Assembly: GCF_964204865.1 (NCBI RefSeq)
Contig: NC_135250.1
Coordinates: forward strand, 20,336,001-20,400,000
Direction of reading: 5' to 3'
DNA from: Styela clava
Lineage: Eukaryota
Length of the DNA stretch: 64,000 bases
The position numbers and the translations under genes are program-made. This document shows positions 12,384 to 25,899 of the stretch, piece by piece. Positions within the stretch are counted from its first letter, which is position 1. Every line of letters starts with the position of its first letter. The notes under the pieces are model-generated. The model was not told the origin of the DNA. It saw only the letters and a list, made by a program, of their open reading frames with translations, and did no database searches.

Positions 12384-13516
12384 TGATAATAATGAATCAA
12401 TCAGTAATAATCAATTGCTCGAATATATTTAGTTTTGATATATATTGCGCTCATGCGAATTCGTTATCGTCGTTAGAAAGATCTGGTGTAAATCCCAGAA
12501 AGTATATTTAATTTAGTACAATGAGAATACATGTAAAGTTTATTAGTAAATCAAAATATATATTTATCTCCCCGAAATTCCGCGATACAGCTCCTGGGTC
12601 AGTCGTTGAGATTACGCCACTCGTTAGAAGAGACGACGTTTTCAACGGATATGTAATGGTTTTGGTGATGGTTGAGTAAAATATTAGATCCATGACCGAC
12701 ATACATATTTAAAATTGTTTGTTTTTCTTTTTTATTTAATTGTGAATAATTAACTTGCGATTGCTTTGATAAAATAAAAGCACCCCTACCGCAAAATACC
12801 ACGGCAATCCGCGGACACAAAAATGTGTTGTAAACTGCCAGATTACATTTTGCTTTGCTTCAAATTCTTGCAAATTAGACAAATATGAGTTTTCGCTGCA
12901 ACTCTGACTCCACGCCATTGCAATGCTGCCACTCAATTAATTTTTATATATCATTGTTAAAGAAATTCCCAAGTCTGCGATAAAATCCCATGAAGAAAAA
13001 TTTATTCCAAGTCGGTAGATTTAGAACACTACAGGTGCGCCACAGGCACAAGAAATTTATGAAGTTTGCAACGTATAAGAAAGTGTTTTTAATCTTTTGC
13101 AGCTGACGAAAAGAATCGGATATTTAAACAAAATGCAATCGCAAACGCCATGCTACTTTATTTTTCAGCGGTCAAGGTCGGGGAATCGACCACATGCATG
13201 ATAACTTTTAGAAAAAGGACTTCTTTTCTTTTTGCTAAAAAAGTACATAAATTCATTTACACTTCTCCATTTTGTAAACTGTATTTTCGAACCTGATGTT
13301 TCTCCAAGGATATTGGTGATGAATTTTTGGGACGTTAGGCAAGAGGTTATTATGGTGTGCTTTTAACACACAGTAGATAGTTTTTGCATTGCTCAATATT
13401 GATGAAGTAAACATTTGATTGAAATCTTACGTGTCTTAATAAGTGAACGTTCAAGCAGAAAATACATACGCACGTACGCATACGTTTGTTGCGTGCTTAG
13501 TTTCACTTGAAACTTC

Positions 13517-14277
13517 TTACGTATCGATCTGAAAATCGGTAAATATGTTGATAGATAGGTATTTGTCTGTTAGATGTACGCGATATCTCACGAAAGCGAG
13601 GTTGAATCTGATCCAAATTGCATGTGCATTCGTCATAGCTCGGATCAGAAGCCTATTGATTTTGGATGAATTATATCGTATAATTAGCAAGTTATCAATT
13701 AATTAGTGATGAAAAGATCTGGATTTTTGTAAATAAAGAGAACGATTTTTGCAAAGCGAAGGATTTTTGAGACGCGCTGAGTGTGTGTGTGTGCGATGTG
13801 CAAGTTTTCACGCTAGTGAGTCAGAGCGAAGGATACAAACCGCTAGATCGTATCTCGTGATTAATCTTCAAGTATTGTCCATATCCCTCTTGTAACTTTG
13901 ACGTCGTCGCGATGCGCAAGTTTCCTTCGAGAAATTTTCCACGCTATTGAGTCAGAGCAAAGGATACACGCCGCGAGATCGTATCATCGTGCATTTGACA
14001 TCGTCGCGATGCGCAGGTGTCCTTGGAGAAATTTTCCACGCTAATGAGTCAGAGCGAAGAATACACGCCGCGAGATCGTATTTCGTTACTTATAATTACT
14101 CTTTAATCAATGTCCATATCCCTCTATCAGGTTCGGGGTCGCAGAATTCCGCACCAAAATATCGCTAGGCTGTGTTTGAATACACACGGTGTCGCTATGG
14201 AGTAAGAGCGGGTGAATCGAAACCGCACTTTCTGTTTTGGGGGATCCCCTAACCGACTCCGACCGATATACTCGGTT
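13517..14277. mobile_element. HINE family 1 copy, opposite orientation, with ~110 bp internal tandem repeats
   Basis: Reverse complement of 11987-12383; three repeats containing GAGTCAGAGCGAAGGATACA at 13790-14130. Confidence 0.8.
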
Positions 14278-14984
14278 TAACTTTACCAGGTATTGCGAAC
14301 TGAGCGGAAAACGGATAATGTATGATGACCACTATTTGGGTATGGCTTTATGCATACGACAGTGTATGGCGAAGTTGTACTCCGATGCGTTTTATCCCTA
14401 AACAATCAGAGCAATGACGCTATGAGACCAACACTCTTATAGCGCCATATTAATTTAAAGCAACCAGCATATCACAAAAGCAGTTTTTCAAAGAAAAAAG
14501 GGGGAGGCGCGAAGTTTGTGAAATTTTTCAAAGGGAGGCTCGACTCAAAAAGTTCAAGAACCACTGATCTAGATCAAAAAATTTAATAGCAAATGTTTTC
14601 AAAACAATTTAGAGCGCCACAATCTGAGGTCTTAAATTGCAATAGCGATTCATAGGTTATATCTAATTCACACGACTAAGTTACCGTTTGATGTAGCAAG
14701 ATTAGAAAAGTCATCGAATATAATGGCGTTCGTTAAAGGGGGGTTATCACGCAAACCTTTTTGTAGCAAATCTGATTCTATAGGAATTTTGTCGTTTACC
14801 GTTTGCATAAAGTGGACTTCGTTCGCGAGACTCAAATTTTTAAAAGTCAACCCTGCCGAAATCGAACGCAAATTAGAATGTCCCGTTGATAATGCAGTAG
14901 TGAAAACTCGTCGGCGAAATTTTGCATTGTGTCAAAGGCTAAAGTTTTATAGGGCGGTGCATTTGTAAAACGCCCCAGTGGATT

Positions 14985-17329
14985 TATAGCAACTAACCCC
15001 CAAATGTACCCCATATCATGTTGAAATCATTAAAACAAAGTTAATTTTTCCCAAAATTCGAACAAAGACTTTCGTAGGAATCAAATTACACCAGGTTTAA
15101 GAACATAACAGGGTCCATCCAGTCATTATCAAATTAAAATCTATATTCTCAAGACCTTTGGCACTGATTGAAATAATTATCTCTAAGTTCCCATCCGTAC
15201 GATGTACATAATTACCCTTATTGAGATAATAGGAGTTTCTGTTTATAACGTGAATCACGAGCTCACGTTTACAGCATTTAATTGGATTTATGATCAACGT
15301 ATAAATACGACTCCGATATCTTTCGATAGGGAGGGAAGACGATGTAAACCATTCAAAGCGAGTGTGGATAAATGTTTCAAGATTTGTATTCTGTGTATCG
15401 TGGAAATCTGAGAATAAAATTAAACAGAATTTACCCATTATTTATGCTATAAATGGTGACAAAACCGACTTGAATTAACCTTCTGAAACGGACCAGATCA
15501 ACGGACAACAACCAGGACAAGCAACAATTGGACGGAATCAACCAAAAAGCTGACCAAGCGAAAGTTTTCAACAATTGCCGAAAACCGTCTCTACAAAACG
15601 TGCGAACTTACGAACGTCGGGGAGATTCAAATTGCCTGGAACAACGATTGAAGTAGCAAATTGCTGACAAGTCGAAATAATCAAAAACATTATGAAAAGA
15701 CAATAATTTCAATTGAAAACAGTTGAACTATGGTAACGGACTCTGGAAACGTTAAAATCATGAATATGGACTGTATTGAACATCGATCGAAATGAACTCT
15801 TTTAGAACATGATATATGTTCGAGGTGAAAAACCTAATCAAAAACGAACTGTTGAAAACAAAGAACTATATGGACTGTTTTACGGTAAATTACGCGCTCT
15901 ATTCCGAATAATAGAGAGAGGAATTGTCGCGCGTACCTAATGGATATACAGATCAGGAGCATGTCATTCTACAATTTGTTTCATGATTTGCAGGTTTTTC
16001 TTATCATTGAGACAGACATTTTTCATTCTTTCACTAATACTAAGGTAAAGTACTTCTTTTTCTTCTTATATATACATGGCGTTTCATTCGACTTTTAATT
16101 TTATAAATTAATTGATGGTAACAACTTTGAATATTCCGATTTCAAAACCTTTCAAGAGATTTATATTATTGAATATTTGTGGTTAGCATTCCTTTTCGAT
16201 TAAATAGATTTCGTTTGAATTAAAATGCTTTCTAAAAGTAGATTCGAGCGAGTCATACTTTCAATTATTTACAAAGCCGTCATATAGAACGGTGAAATAA
16301 TAAGCTCGTTAAACAAAAATTGTATCAAAAGCGTTATTTTTTCAAAAAAGCCCTGAGATGGCATAAACTTAAAAATGCGTTTTTTCATCCCGACATGGGA
16401 CAAATATATAGACCAACTAGGTCTCAACGCGTTTTTTTCTTCCCGACATGGGACAAGCATATATTGACCAACTAGGTCGCAACGCGTTTTTTCTTCCCGA
16501 CATGGGACAAGCATATATTGACCAACTAGGTCTACAAAATCGTAACAATGCGATAAACGAATATAAGTATTTTAACTTGGCGAAATACATCAAATTGAAA
16601 ATATGTTTTAACCGTCCAAACCAAAATTTTTAAAATAAAAATACGCCATCCTTCTGTAATTCTACTTTAAAATCTTTACTCTTTCTATAAACTCTTCTTT
16701 ATTCCAATGTCTTGTCTCATTGTAGATCATATACATGTAAATATTTTTTTGACCTATATATATCATTAATTTTAGCATTGTGTATTGTATTTTTCTATAT
16801 ATTTTCAATTTATTAGAGGGTGCCAAATCTTTAAACTTCCAGTTAGTAAGATGGGGAGATAATATAGCAACTAACCCCCAAATGTACCCCATATCATGTT
16901 GAAATCATCAAAACAAAGTTAATTTTTCCCAAAATTCGAACAAAGACTTTCGTAGGAATCAAATTACACCAGGTTTAAGAACATAACAGGTTCCATCCAG
17001 TCATTATCAAATTAAAATCTATATTCTCAAGACCTTTGGCACTGATTGAAATAATTATCTCTAAGTTCCCATCCGTACGATGTACATAATTACCCTTATT
17101 GAGATAATAGGAGTTTCTGTTTATAACGTGAATCACGAGCTCACGTTTACAGCATTTAATTGGATTTATGATCAACGTATAAATACGACTCCGATATCTT
17201 TCGATAGGGAGGGAAGACGATGTAAACCATTCAAAGCGAGTGTGGATAAATGTTTTAAGATTTGTATTCTGTGTATCGTGGAAATCTGAGAATAAAATCA
17301 AACAGAATTTACCCATTATTTATGCTATA
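14985..17329 (+). mobile_element. Young non-autonomous LTR retroelement (TRIM/LARD-like) with TATAGC...GCTATA LTR ends
   Basis: 467 bp direct repeats 14985-15451 and 16863-17329 with about 4 mismatches; 4-bp TSD GATT; PBS-like TGGTGACA at 15454; polypurine tract AAGATGGGGAGA before the 3' LTR; AATAAA near the LTR end; 1.4 kb non-coding interior. Confidence 0.9.
16377..16533. repeat. Three tandem copies of a ~52-54 bp unit inside the LTR element
   Basis: GCGTTTTTTCTTCCCGACATGGGACAAGCATATATTGACCAACTAGGTC repeated three times. Confidence 0.9.
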
Positions 17330-19075
17330 GATTAAATACATACCAATATCTTCGAATATTAACTTTGCATTATGAGAAATCATAGTAAACTCAACTAATC
17401 GAGGTCGAAATATACTCAATGTCTGTGTCGGACCTTTTGCCGTAAGATATCTTCTAGTGAAATAACGCATACAAAGCAATTTCTTGTGTCAAATTATCCA
17501 GATTTTATAATTTATGTGGGTTTATTCTGTTTTCTGATCCTGTAACTAGTTTTTTCTGTTATATTGTCAGTATGTTTATACACTAGGCTATATTAGAATG
17601 AGCATACCGGTACATGTGCTTTTAAAACACTACCGTAGCCAATGGAATGTGTAGTTGGTGGATATAGCATAATTTACAGTGATGGGTCTGTTTTAAAGCA
17701 GGAAACTCTGGATCAAATTTTCTCAAGTAAGCTGTTCTGATGTCTCAACAGAACTAAAACGTTTAATTTGAAGGATCGTTTCAGCCTTAAAATTATGTTG
17801 GAATCCTCATGCAAACTTCTACCCACAGCCCGAATCAACAATACCTGACGTTTTCATCGTAAGTAATTAATTCATGCCAATAAATGTTTTGTCACGAATC
17901 TGCATTAGTTGATCGATGGCAATTGGCAGCTGGTCTGTGTTGTGTGTGAACTGGAAAACATAAACTATGCAAATTAAATGGATAAAACTGGCATAATAAA
18001 GATCAGGATAATATCACCAGGCAGTTTAGTAATGTTCAACATACAGCAGTGTTTTGTTGCATAATAAAGTGAAATGAATAAAAAAAACTTAAGCATTATT
18101 GGGATTCCACGTTTATCTGGTAGTAGACTAATACTCTATCAGTAAATGTACAAATTTGTATTTGGTTCATACTAAAGTGTGACTGGATATCATCATGCTT
18201 TGACTAAATATTTTACTAAACGGTCGATAAACAAAATAAAGTGGTAAATACTTACTCTAGAATCAGTTCCTCAAAGACTTTCGACGGACGGTCAGTACCG
18301 GTACGATCATTAACCAACACGCAGTCGCTTGATCCCGTTACAGTCAGAAATTCTTATGCATTAGCAAATTCCTATTTATGTTTGAAATAACATTATTGTT
18401 TCAATCAAACTACGCAATGAGAAACTAGATTCAGACGCCAAAACAGAGGATAAACAACATACTTTCCAATGGGCGACGAAGGCAAGTTCTGGAATTAGTT
18501 CTCACTACTACGTCATCAAAGGCCATTTCCGAACTGCGTTCGATTTTCGTTGAGCGGTTTTTAAAAATTCATGAGTAGAAAACTAAATCCACTTTATGCA
18601 ATCGGTAACGTCAAAAATGTTTAAAAAATATAAAGAATAAAATCTTCTACAAAAATGTTTGCGTGATTACCCATCTTTAATGTTGTCACTGGTCAATATG
18701 TTTGAACATTTGCTATTGATTGTTATTGACTTTTTCAACTGATTCCTTTCGATGACAGAATTTTTTGACATATTTATTAAAAATGAAAATGCAAGGTATG
18801 AATGTCGAACCAAGATATATCATAAAAATCTATTTCATCAAGTTTGTGGAATCGTTGCAAATTTCAAAACACCGTTACTTTGCTGACAAACCAACGGTTA
18901 TTTCACGCATTTAGCTTCGAGCAAGGTTTTGTGAAACGGCTCACTGGTATGTGAGGAGCTATTGAGAACCCGGTTTGGCATTGTCTACACAATTTATTAC
19001 AGCAGGTGGCTATGAAATTTGGAAGATTTACCCTATAGGCCACCGTGCCACCAGACTTGTATGCATCAATATATA

Positions 19076-19370
19076 AACGAGAATATCGGTCAGAGACCGA
19101 AAACTTATCGATCGAAAGTTAGGATCCCATAACAAAACAGCGCTCTTACTCCATAGTGACACATTGTGTCCCATTACTAATTAATTAATAACTCACTAAT
19201 TATACGACATAATTCGCCAAAAATCAATAGGCTTCTGGTCCAAAATATGATGAATGCACATGCAAAATCTGGAGCAGATTCAATCTCGCTTTCGTGAGAT
19301 ATCGCGTGCATCGAACAGACAGACAGACAAATACCTATCAACATACTTACCGATTAAAATCGATAAGTAA
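19076..19370. mobile_element. HINE family 1 copy
   Basis: AACGAGAATATCGGTCAGAGACCGA...ACTTACCGATTAAAATCGATAAGTAA, same as 11987-12383. Confidence 0.8.
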
Positions 19371-22300
19371 TAACTGTATGTATCAATATTATACATCAAT
19401 AACTGAAACTGACACTATATTTGGTTTTAATACTCATATTCGCAAAAAATAATATCAAAAACTGATCAGAGTCATATTTCTTGCCGACCAATTTCACTTC
19501 AACTATACATGTCTAAGGTCATGCTCAGCCACATCACCTCACAGCTTCGTGGATTCTAGCCGTTAGCTGGCAGTGTTGAGTTGAAATTATAGCATTGCTG
19601 TGTAAAAAAATATCCATTTACATATAAATATAGTCAGATGTGAGCATATGCTATTTAATTTGTTTTGAATATGATCGTGAATTGCGGTGAGGCGCTGCTG
19701 ATGATTATGATTTGATACAACGAATTTCACTGCTCTTATTCATTTTCAAAAGTATATATATTATTATGGAAGCATGTGTTTAAAGTCACAATGTAATTAA
19801 ATTAGTCTAATTTTACAATTTATGCGAGGCAATCCCTACCCAAGTCTTGGATTGTGTCGCTCAAACTCCGCGTAAATGCTATTTGATGCAAGTCATATTT
19901 CTGATTCATAACACGGAATTCATATTATCGGAATTTCGAGGACAATCAAGAAAATTATTTCGTTGCCCTTTTTAATCGACTTTGATAACAAAACCTTAAA
20001 TACTTTAATAAATACTTTTTATATCATTGTAATATATAATATTTATATTAGTATAAAAATCAGGTTTCTCATTAAAAGTATTTGCTGAATAATGGTCTAA
20101 GAAAAATCGTTTAATTAAACAACGGTGTAAAATTACTTTGTCGAAAATAAAAGCGAGTGTTCGTCTGTTTGAAGGAGTACTTAAAGTTTGCAATTTAAAA
20201 TTTCGTGGAATTAAAAGAGATTCTAAGAATAGATCTGAATCACACACTGCGTAACATCTGATAACAGCTGTAATCTGTAATCCGTTCTCGTGTATTTGGT
20301 TGAAGGAACTCGTATTAAGATTGAATGATTAAATTTGAACAATGCGAAAAGTGTTTTTATTCGCCTGATGCAAAAGTATTTCTAGTCGGACAACAATGCG
20401 GTCCATATGATCGACGTAATCAGCACCATTAACATGAAAAACAAATGACCGCAAAGTTGACAACAACTCTAATATATTCGGTTGGTGCCGTAAATTAACA
20501 TTTGAACATTGTTCTAACACAATTCAGAAAAGATTCGCTTGTTTAAAATTTATGTCTTACATAATTTGATTCACAAGTGATTGTTTGATTGCAATCATGA
20601 GTCAATACAAGTAAATCGTTTTATTTCAATCCGTACTCTCTATTCAACTTTTATTATATTTATCAATATGGCACTGCAATTAGTTTATTCTTTTGTCAGT
20701 TGTGTGCAATATTTGTTATTGACAAAATTTAATCAAATTATAACAATAATAATTAAAAATACTTTTTTTATGTAATATCTAGCTGATGATCTTGATTTTA
20801 TTCGGATCTTACGTTTCTAACATATTTTGAATAATTTCAACGAATTCCTAGCTAGATTCTAATTGACAGTAAAGACTATTATAAACCTTTTGGAGTAATT
20901 TCTATAACCATTATTTATATTTAATTGTATTTATTACTAAAAAATGCTTTTATAATACGTTTTGTTACACGGTCTTATGAAATTAATCACTTAAATTATT
21001 TTTATTATGGATATTTTGTTTACTCAAACATTTATATACGCAAACACATGATGTTATCAGAATATCTAAAATTTCACACAGTTTATTGGTGTAATCTATT
21101 CTTTTATGTCAAAACGATGTGGCCATTTTTTGTAAACAGCAAACTATGGCCTGTGATATATTATGAAATTGGACCATATGCAATTGATATAAAAACATAC
21201 TTTTTCTTCAAGCAAATCTCGTTTTATAAAAGTATATAAATTATCTAGAAGAAAGTTTGATATTGTCTCCATATTAAAATGTAATACGTCTGAGTTTGAG
21301 TATGACTGTCGTGTTTGGTATGGTGCTCCTGTGACCGTATTACTCTTGAACAAAATTCAAAAAATAATATTTTATAGATATTATATTGGACTGTGTTCTT
21401 CTGAACTGTTGGAATTTGTTCTTCCAAAATAGTTTTCAGCCGTCAAACTCGGTTGGCTGTGAGCTGTCACACACTGATTGTCAGTGTAATTACAAGATAA
21501 AAACAATTGTGCCTTTCTGTGTTCCCATATTTGGGCATATTCCCGTTTTTTCTTAAATAGTTGCTTTGTTTTCAATGGATTTTCATTTTCGTTGCTTGCT
21601 ACCCAGAAAAAATAATTTACTTAGCATAGGATTTTTTATATTTTGACGAGGTTTGATACAATCTATTCTCCACGAATCTTTCTAAATCGCATCTCAGATA
21701 TCATAAATACGCTACTGATTTGTCTTAGTATTCATCATAAAAATAAAATAATTTAGATTCATACAAAATAAACACCATTTTATAGCATAACAATGTTTTT
21801 TATTCATTATAATAAAGATAAAAATAAATATATATATATTCATTTTTGCGTTATTTCGTATTTGGCATCACATTTTTCGCACTTGCTGATTGAACTTGAA
21901 AAAAATATATATATTTATAAATATAGAATATCATGAGCATTGTAAACGCTGAGTATCTTATTTAACAATACTCCAACAAAAGTCGATAAAGAATATTCAT
22001 CATCATTGATATATTTAATATAATCAAGCTATAGATACGGCGAACCACCCGTCCTTGCCAACATTTTAAAGACATTTGACAATTTACCTTTTGACTGAGG
22101 AATCGAAAATAGAAGCGATTTTTCGTCTGTATATGAAAGAGCACCTAAAGTTCGCAATTTGAAATTTCGTGGCATTAAAAACAAAATTCTAAGAATAAAT
22201 CTGAATCACACACTGTGTTACATCTGATAACAGTTGTAATCGGTAATTCGTTCTCGTGTATTTGGTTGAAGTAGTTCGTAGTAAGATTGAATGATTAAAT

Positions 22301-22407
22301 TTGAACAATGCGAAAAGCGTTTTCAATCGCCTGATGTAAAGTATTTCTAGTCGGACAACAATGCGGTCCATATGATCGACGTAGTCACCACCATTAACAT
22401 GAAATTC

Positions 22408-22667
22408 GAGGCTTATCGATCGAAACTGCGGTTTCGATTCATTACTTCATAGTGACCCCGCGTGTCCCATCACTAATTAAATATTAACTCGCTAATTAGA
22501 CAACATAATTCATCCAAAATTAGTAGGCTTCTGGTCCGAGATATGATAAATGCACATGCAGAATTTGGAGCAGATTGAAGCCTGCCTTCATGAGATATCG
22601 CGTGCATATAACAGACAAACAGACAAATACCTATCAACATACTTACCGATCTAAAGATCGATAAGTT
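22408..22667. mobile_element. HINE family 1 copy, truncated
   Basis: Same core and GATCGATAAGT end; absent from paralogous sites at ~20435 and ~53580. Confidence 0.8.
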
Positions 22668-23825
22668 ACAAATGACCGCAAAGGTGACAACAACTTCAAT
22701 ATATTCGGTTGGTGCCGTATTATACCAACTGAACATTACAATTCAGAAAAGATTCGCTTGTTTGAAATTTACATTACACACAGGGGGGGTTGGGTCGGTA
22801 AGTTCAAGCCATGCATGTCTTTTATTTTAAATCCTTTTATGAACATGGATATATCGAGCGTTGTTGAGCGACGTTGAGCTCTTCCCGTGTTCATTCAAAG
22901 GATTCAATATTGACACCACGGCAGTTCTCTTCAGGTTTAATTTAAATAAAACTTATTCCAAAAAAGGTCTTTTATTAAGAGGTATTGAAACGTTATTTTC
23001 ACGGAGAGTCGCAACTTGATCATATTGTTCATAGGGCGAGTTTGAGAACCACTGGTGTAATCGATTCTTTTATGCCTTAACGATGTGGCCATTTTTGTAA
23101 ACAGCAAACGATGGTCAATGATATATTATGAAATTGAACCATATGCAATTGATATAGAAAAATCCTTTTTTGTAAATCAAACTCGTTTTATATAGGTATA
23201 TAAATTACCTACAAGAAAGTTTGATATTGTTTCTATATTGAAATGTAATACGTCTAGGCGTAGAGTATGGCTGTCGTGTTTGGTATGGTGCTCCTGTGAC
23301 CGTATTAAACCTCTTGAACAAAATTCGAAAAATAATATTTTAGAGATATTATATTGGACTGTGTTTTTCCTAACTGTCGGAACTTGTTCTTCCAAAGTAG
23401 TTTTCAGCCTTCAAACCCAGTTGGCTGTGAGCTGTCACACACTGATTGTCAGTGTACCTACAAGATAAAAAAAAAATTGTGTCTTTCTTTCTGTGTTCCC
23501 ATATTTGTGCATAGTCCTCTTTTTTCTTAAATAATTGCTTTGTTTTCAATGGATTCTTATCAGCGTTGCTTGCTACCCAGAAAAAATAATTTACTGAACA
23601 GAGGATTTTTTATATTTTGACACGGTTTCATGCAATCTATACTCCACGAATCTTTCCAAATCGCATTTCAGAAATCACAAATACGCTATTGATTTTTCTT
23701 AGTAATAATCATAATAATAAAATAATTTCGATTCATACAGAATAAACACCATTTTACAGCATAACAGTGTTTTATTCATCATACCAAAGACATAAATAAA
23801 TATATATATATATATACATTTTTGC

Positions 23826-25310
23826 ATTATTTCGTATTTGGCATCACATTTTTCACACTTGCTGATACGGAAAAAAATATATATCTATAAATATAGAATA
23901 TCATAAGCAATGTAAACGCTGTGTTTGATTACCTTATTTAACAATACTCCAACAAAAGTCGATAAAGAATAATCATCATCATTATTATCATTATTTAATA
24001 TAATCGAGATAAAGTTACGACGAACCACCTGAGCTTGCCAACACTTCCAAAAATTTTAAAGACATTTGACAATTTAACTTTTGACTGAGGAATCGCTAGT
24101 AAAACTACCGAGGTGCTTGTTATTGAATCTAGAACATTTGTAACATACTAAAATATGACTCATCAGCCGACTTCGCTGTTTTCTTGAAGCAACGATCTAA
24201 CTGAATAAAAAATATAAAGTTATTGTGAAAGAGTGAAAAGTAATTAAACAAAATGTCGCTTTTGCGTAGACTGGAAGTCTCATTTTCGAAAAAAAAAAAC
24301 AGCATTAGCTGATAATTTAGCTGTTATATAATTAGCTGAAAATCCAGTAGAAATAAATATTGTAACAGATTTTGGAAACGTAAATTTCAGAGTTTGATAA
24401 AAATTCGTTTTCGGCGCTGATATGCTTAAAATTGATGATTCGCAAATACTCCGAAATACTAACATCGCAAATACTACATCAGATTAATATCTAAAGTTGC
24501 CTATAACCACATACTAAACATATCAAAATGTTTTATTTCTAGAAAATAGATAATATTCAGCTAAGTTTATGATTGAAGGTCGACCAAATGATGGTAGAGC
24601 GGCGCTTGGTTAATTGCTTTCAAATATTCTGTATGGAAAGTGTGTATCAAGTAATTCTATTTTTAATCAAAATATTACAATATATTTGATTTTGGGGCGC
24701 TTCGGAATATGGAGATAATTAATTTTGTTCGCCTTCTTTACAACAAGTTGTGGAAACGGACCGAAGCCCTTTGGTAAGGGGGTGAATTCAATTGGCTAAG
24801 ACGGACAGTCCCCGAACTCGTAATAGAACTAAAATATGGTTAAATCGGAATCGAATTAGGGCCTAATCCTCACCTGGTACACACACTAAGGAAGTACCAA
24901 TTTTATTATGACGCACAAATACCACATACTTATTTAGCTTAACACTTTCAGTCGGGGTTACGCGAAACTAACTTTCCTTGCTTCATTCCTTGCGCAAATG
25001 GATCAGTGTGCTTGTAATACAGAGATGCCTTAGCAAGAATAAAGATGACTACTCAAGAATCTTGAATCAACTGAATGCTGATTTATATTAAATTGTGGAT
25101 CGACCAAACCTTTGAACAATATTTCATTCATATGTGCGTGAACAGTAAAGACAACATAATTTAAAATTACATTGTAATATGGACTATGTTATTTAAGTAA
25201 TCAGCTGGCGTTTTATTACCATAGGCTTATACGTAAAATAATTTATATAACACGTTGCATAACGGAGATTCATTTTAATATATCACTTACTTATTTTGTC
25301 CGAAAATTGC
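23826..25310 (-). pseudogene. Partial copy of gene B 3' exons (stalk, cytoplasmic, terminal); Ig and TM exons deleted
   Basis: Stalk exon homolog at ~24560-24630 with mutated donor; deletion junction at ~25300 removes the Ig exon; junction at ~24465 removes the TM exon. Confidence 0.75.
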
Positions 25311-25899
25311 TCAGAAACGCACGCCCAAAACAGAGGCAGGAATTAAGACTAATTGTAGATCAAATATTCACAGAGAAGCACATCACAGGAAATATAACCG
25401 AGAGTCAAATTTTGTTCTGCTATTCGCTCAGAAAATGGAGCATATACAAATTAATTAGTTAATTAAATTAATCAAATTATAAATTCACGGCATCCATTCA
25501 GACAACGTCGGATTTCTTTGTCTCATTTCCGCAGTGAATATATATTATATTTGATAACGGTAAGATGATACTTTTGACAATTACAAAATGAACTTCTAGT
25601 TTCCACTCCGTGTAGAACGGCTGTAGATCATAAATAAAAATCAATGAAAGCCCGTGTCTATTATAGTAATAAATAATAATTCAATCATATGACATTTCTT
25701 GTACGATTCATTTGACAATAATATCATTCCGTACCCAATTAACACTTCAATAAACAAACTTTTAAAGGAAAATTTGAATTAAATAGTTTTGAATTTTACT
25801 AAGAAACCAGTTTTCTATAAATAAATGAACATTTACAGAATCAAAGTATAATCAGTGCAATTTACATGCTATTGTGTTTCCGTTGAATGCAAAATTTTC

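Larger units (their letters stand above)
14737..18676. mobile_element. Non-autonomous Kolobok-type DNA transposon, copy 2 (inverted relative to copy 1)
   Basis: TTAA at 14733-14736 and 18677-18680; same TIRs; internal sequence colinear with the reverse complement of 1394-4493 once nested inserts are removed. Confidence 0.85.
19395..25430 (-). repeat. Inverted segmental duplication of the 3' half and downstream flank of gene B, with internal tandem duplication
   Basis: Reverse complement of ~48740-54540 plus 56545-56600, without the hAT/MITE inserts. 22150-22770 repeats 20180-20550 and 23055-24080 repeats 21090-22110. Confidence 0.85.

Noticed and set aside
15097-15438. 113-aa ORF duplicated at 16975-17316
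   Set aside because: Lies antisense within near-identical LTRs, so its conservation is trivial; no recognisable motif.
14985-17329. KolobokP-type long terminal direct repeats or Penelope pseudo-LTRs
   Set aside because: PBS-like and PPT sequences plus a GATT (not TTAA) TSD fit an LTR retroelement; no GIY-YIG remnant.
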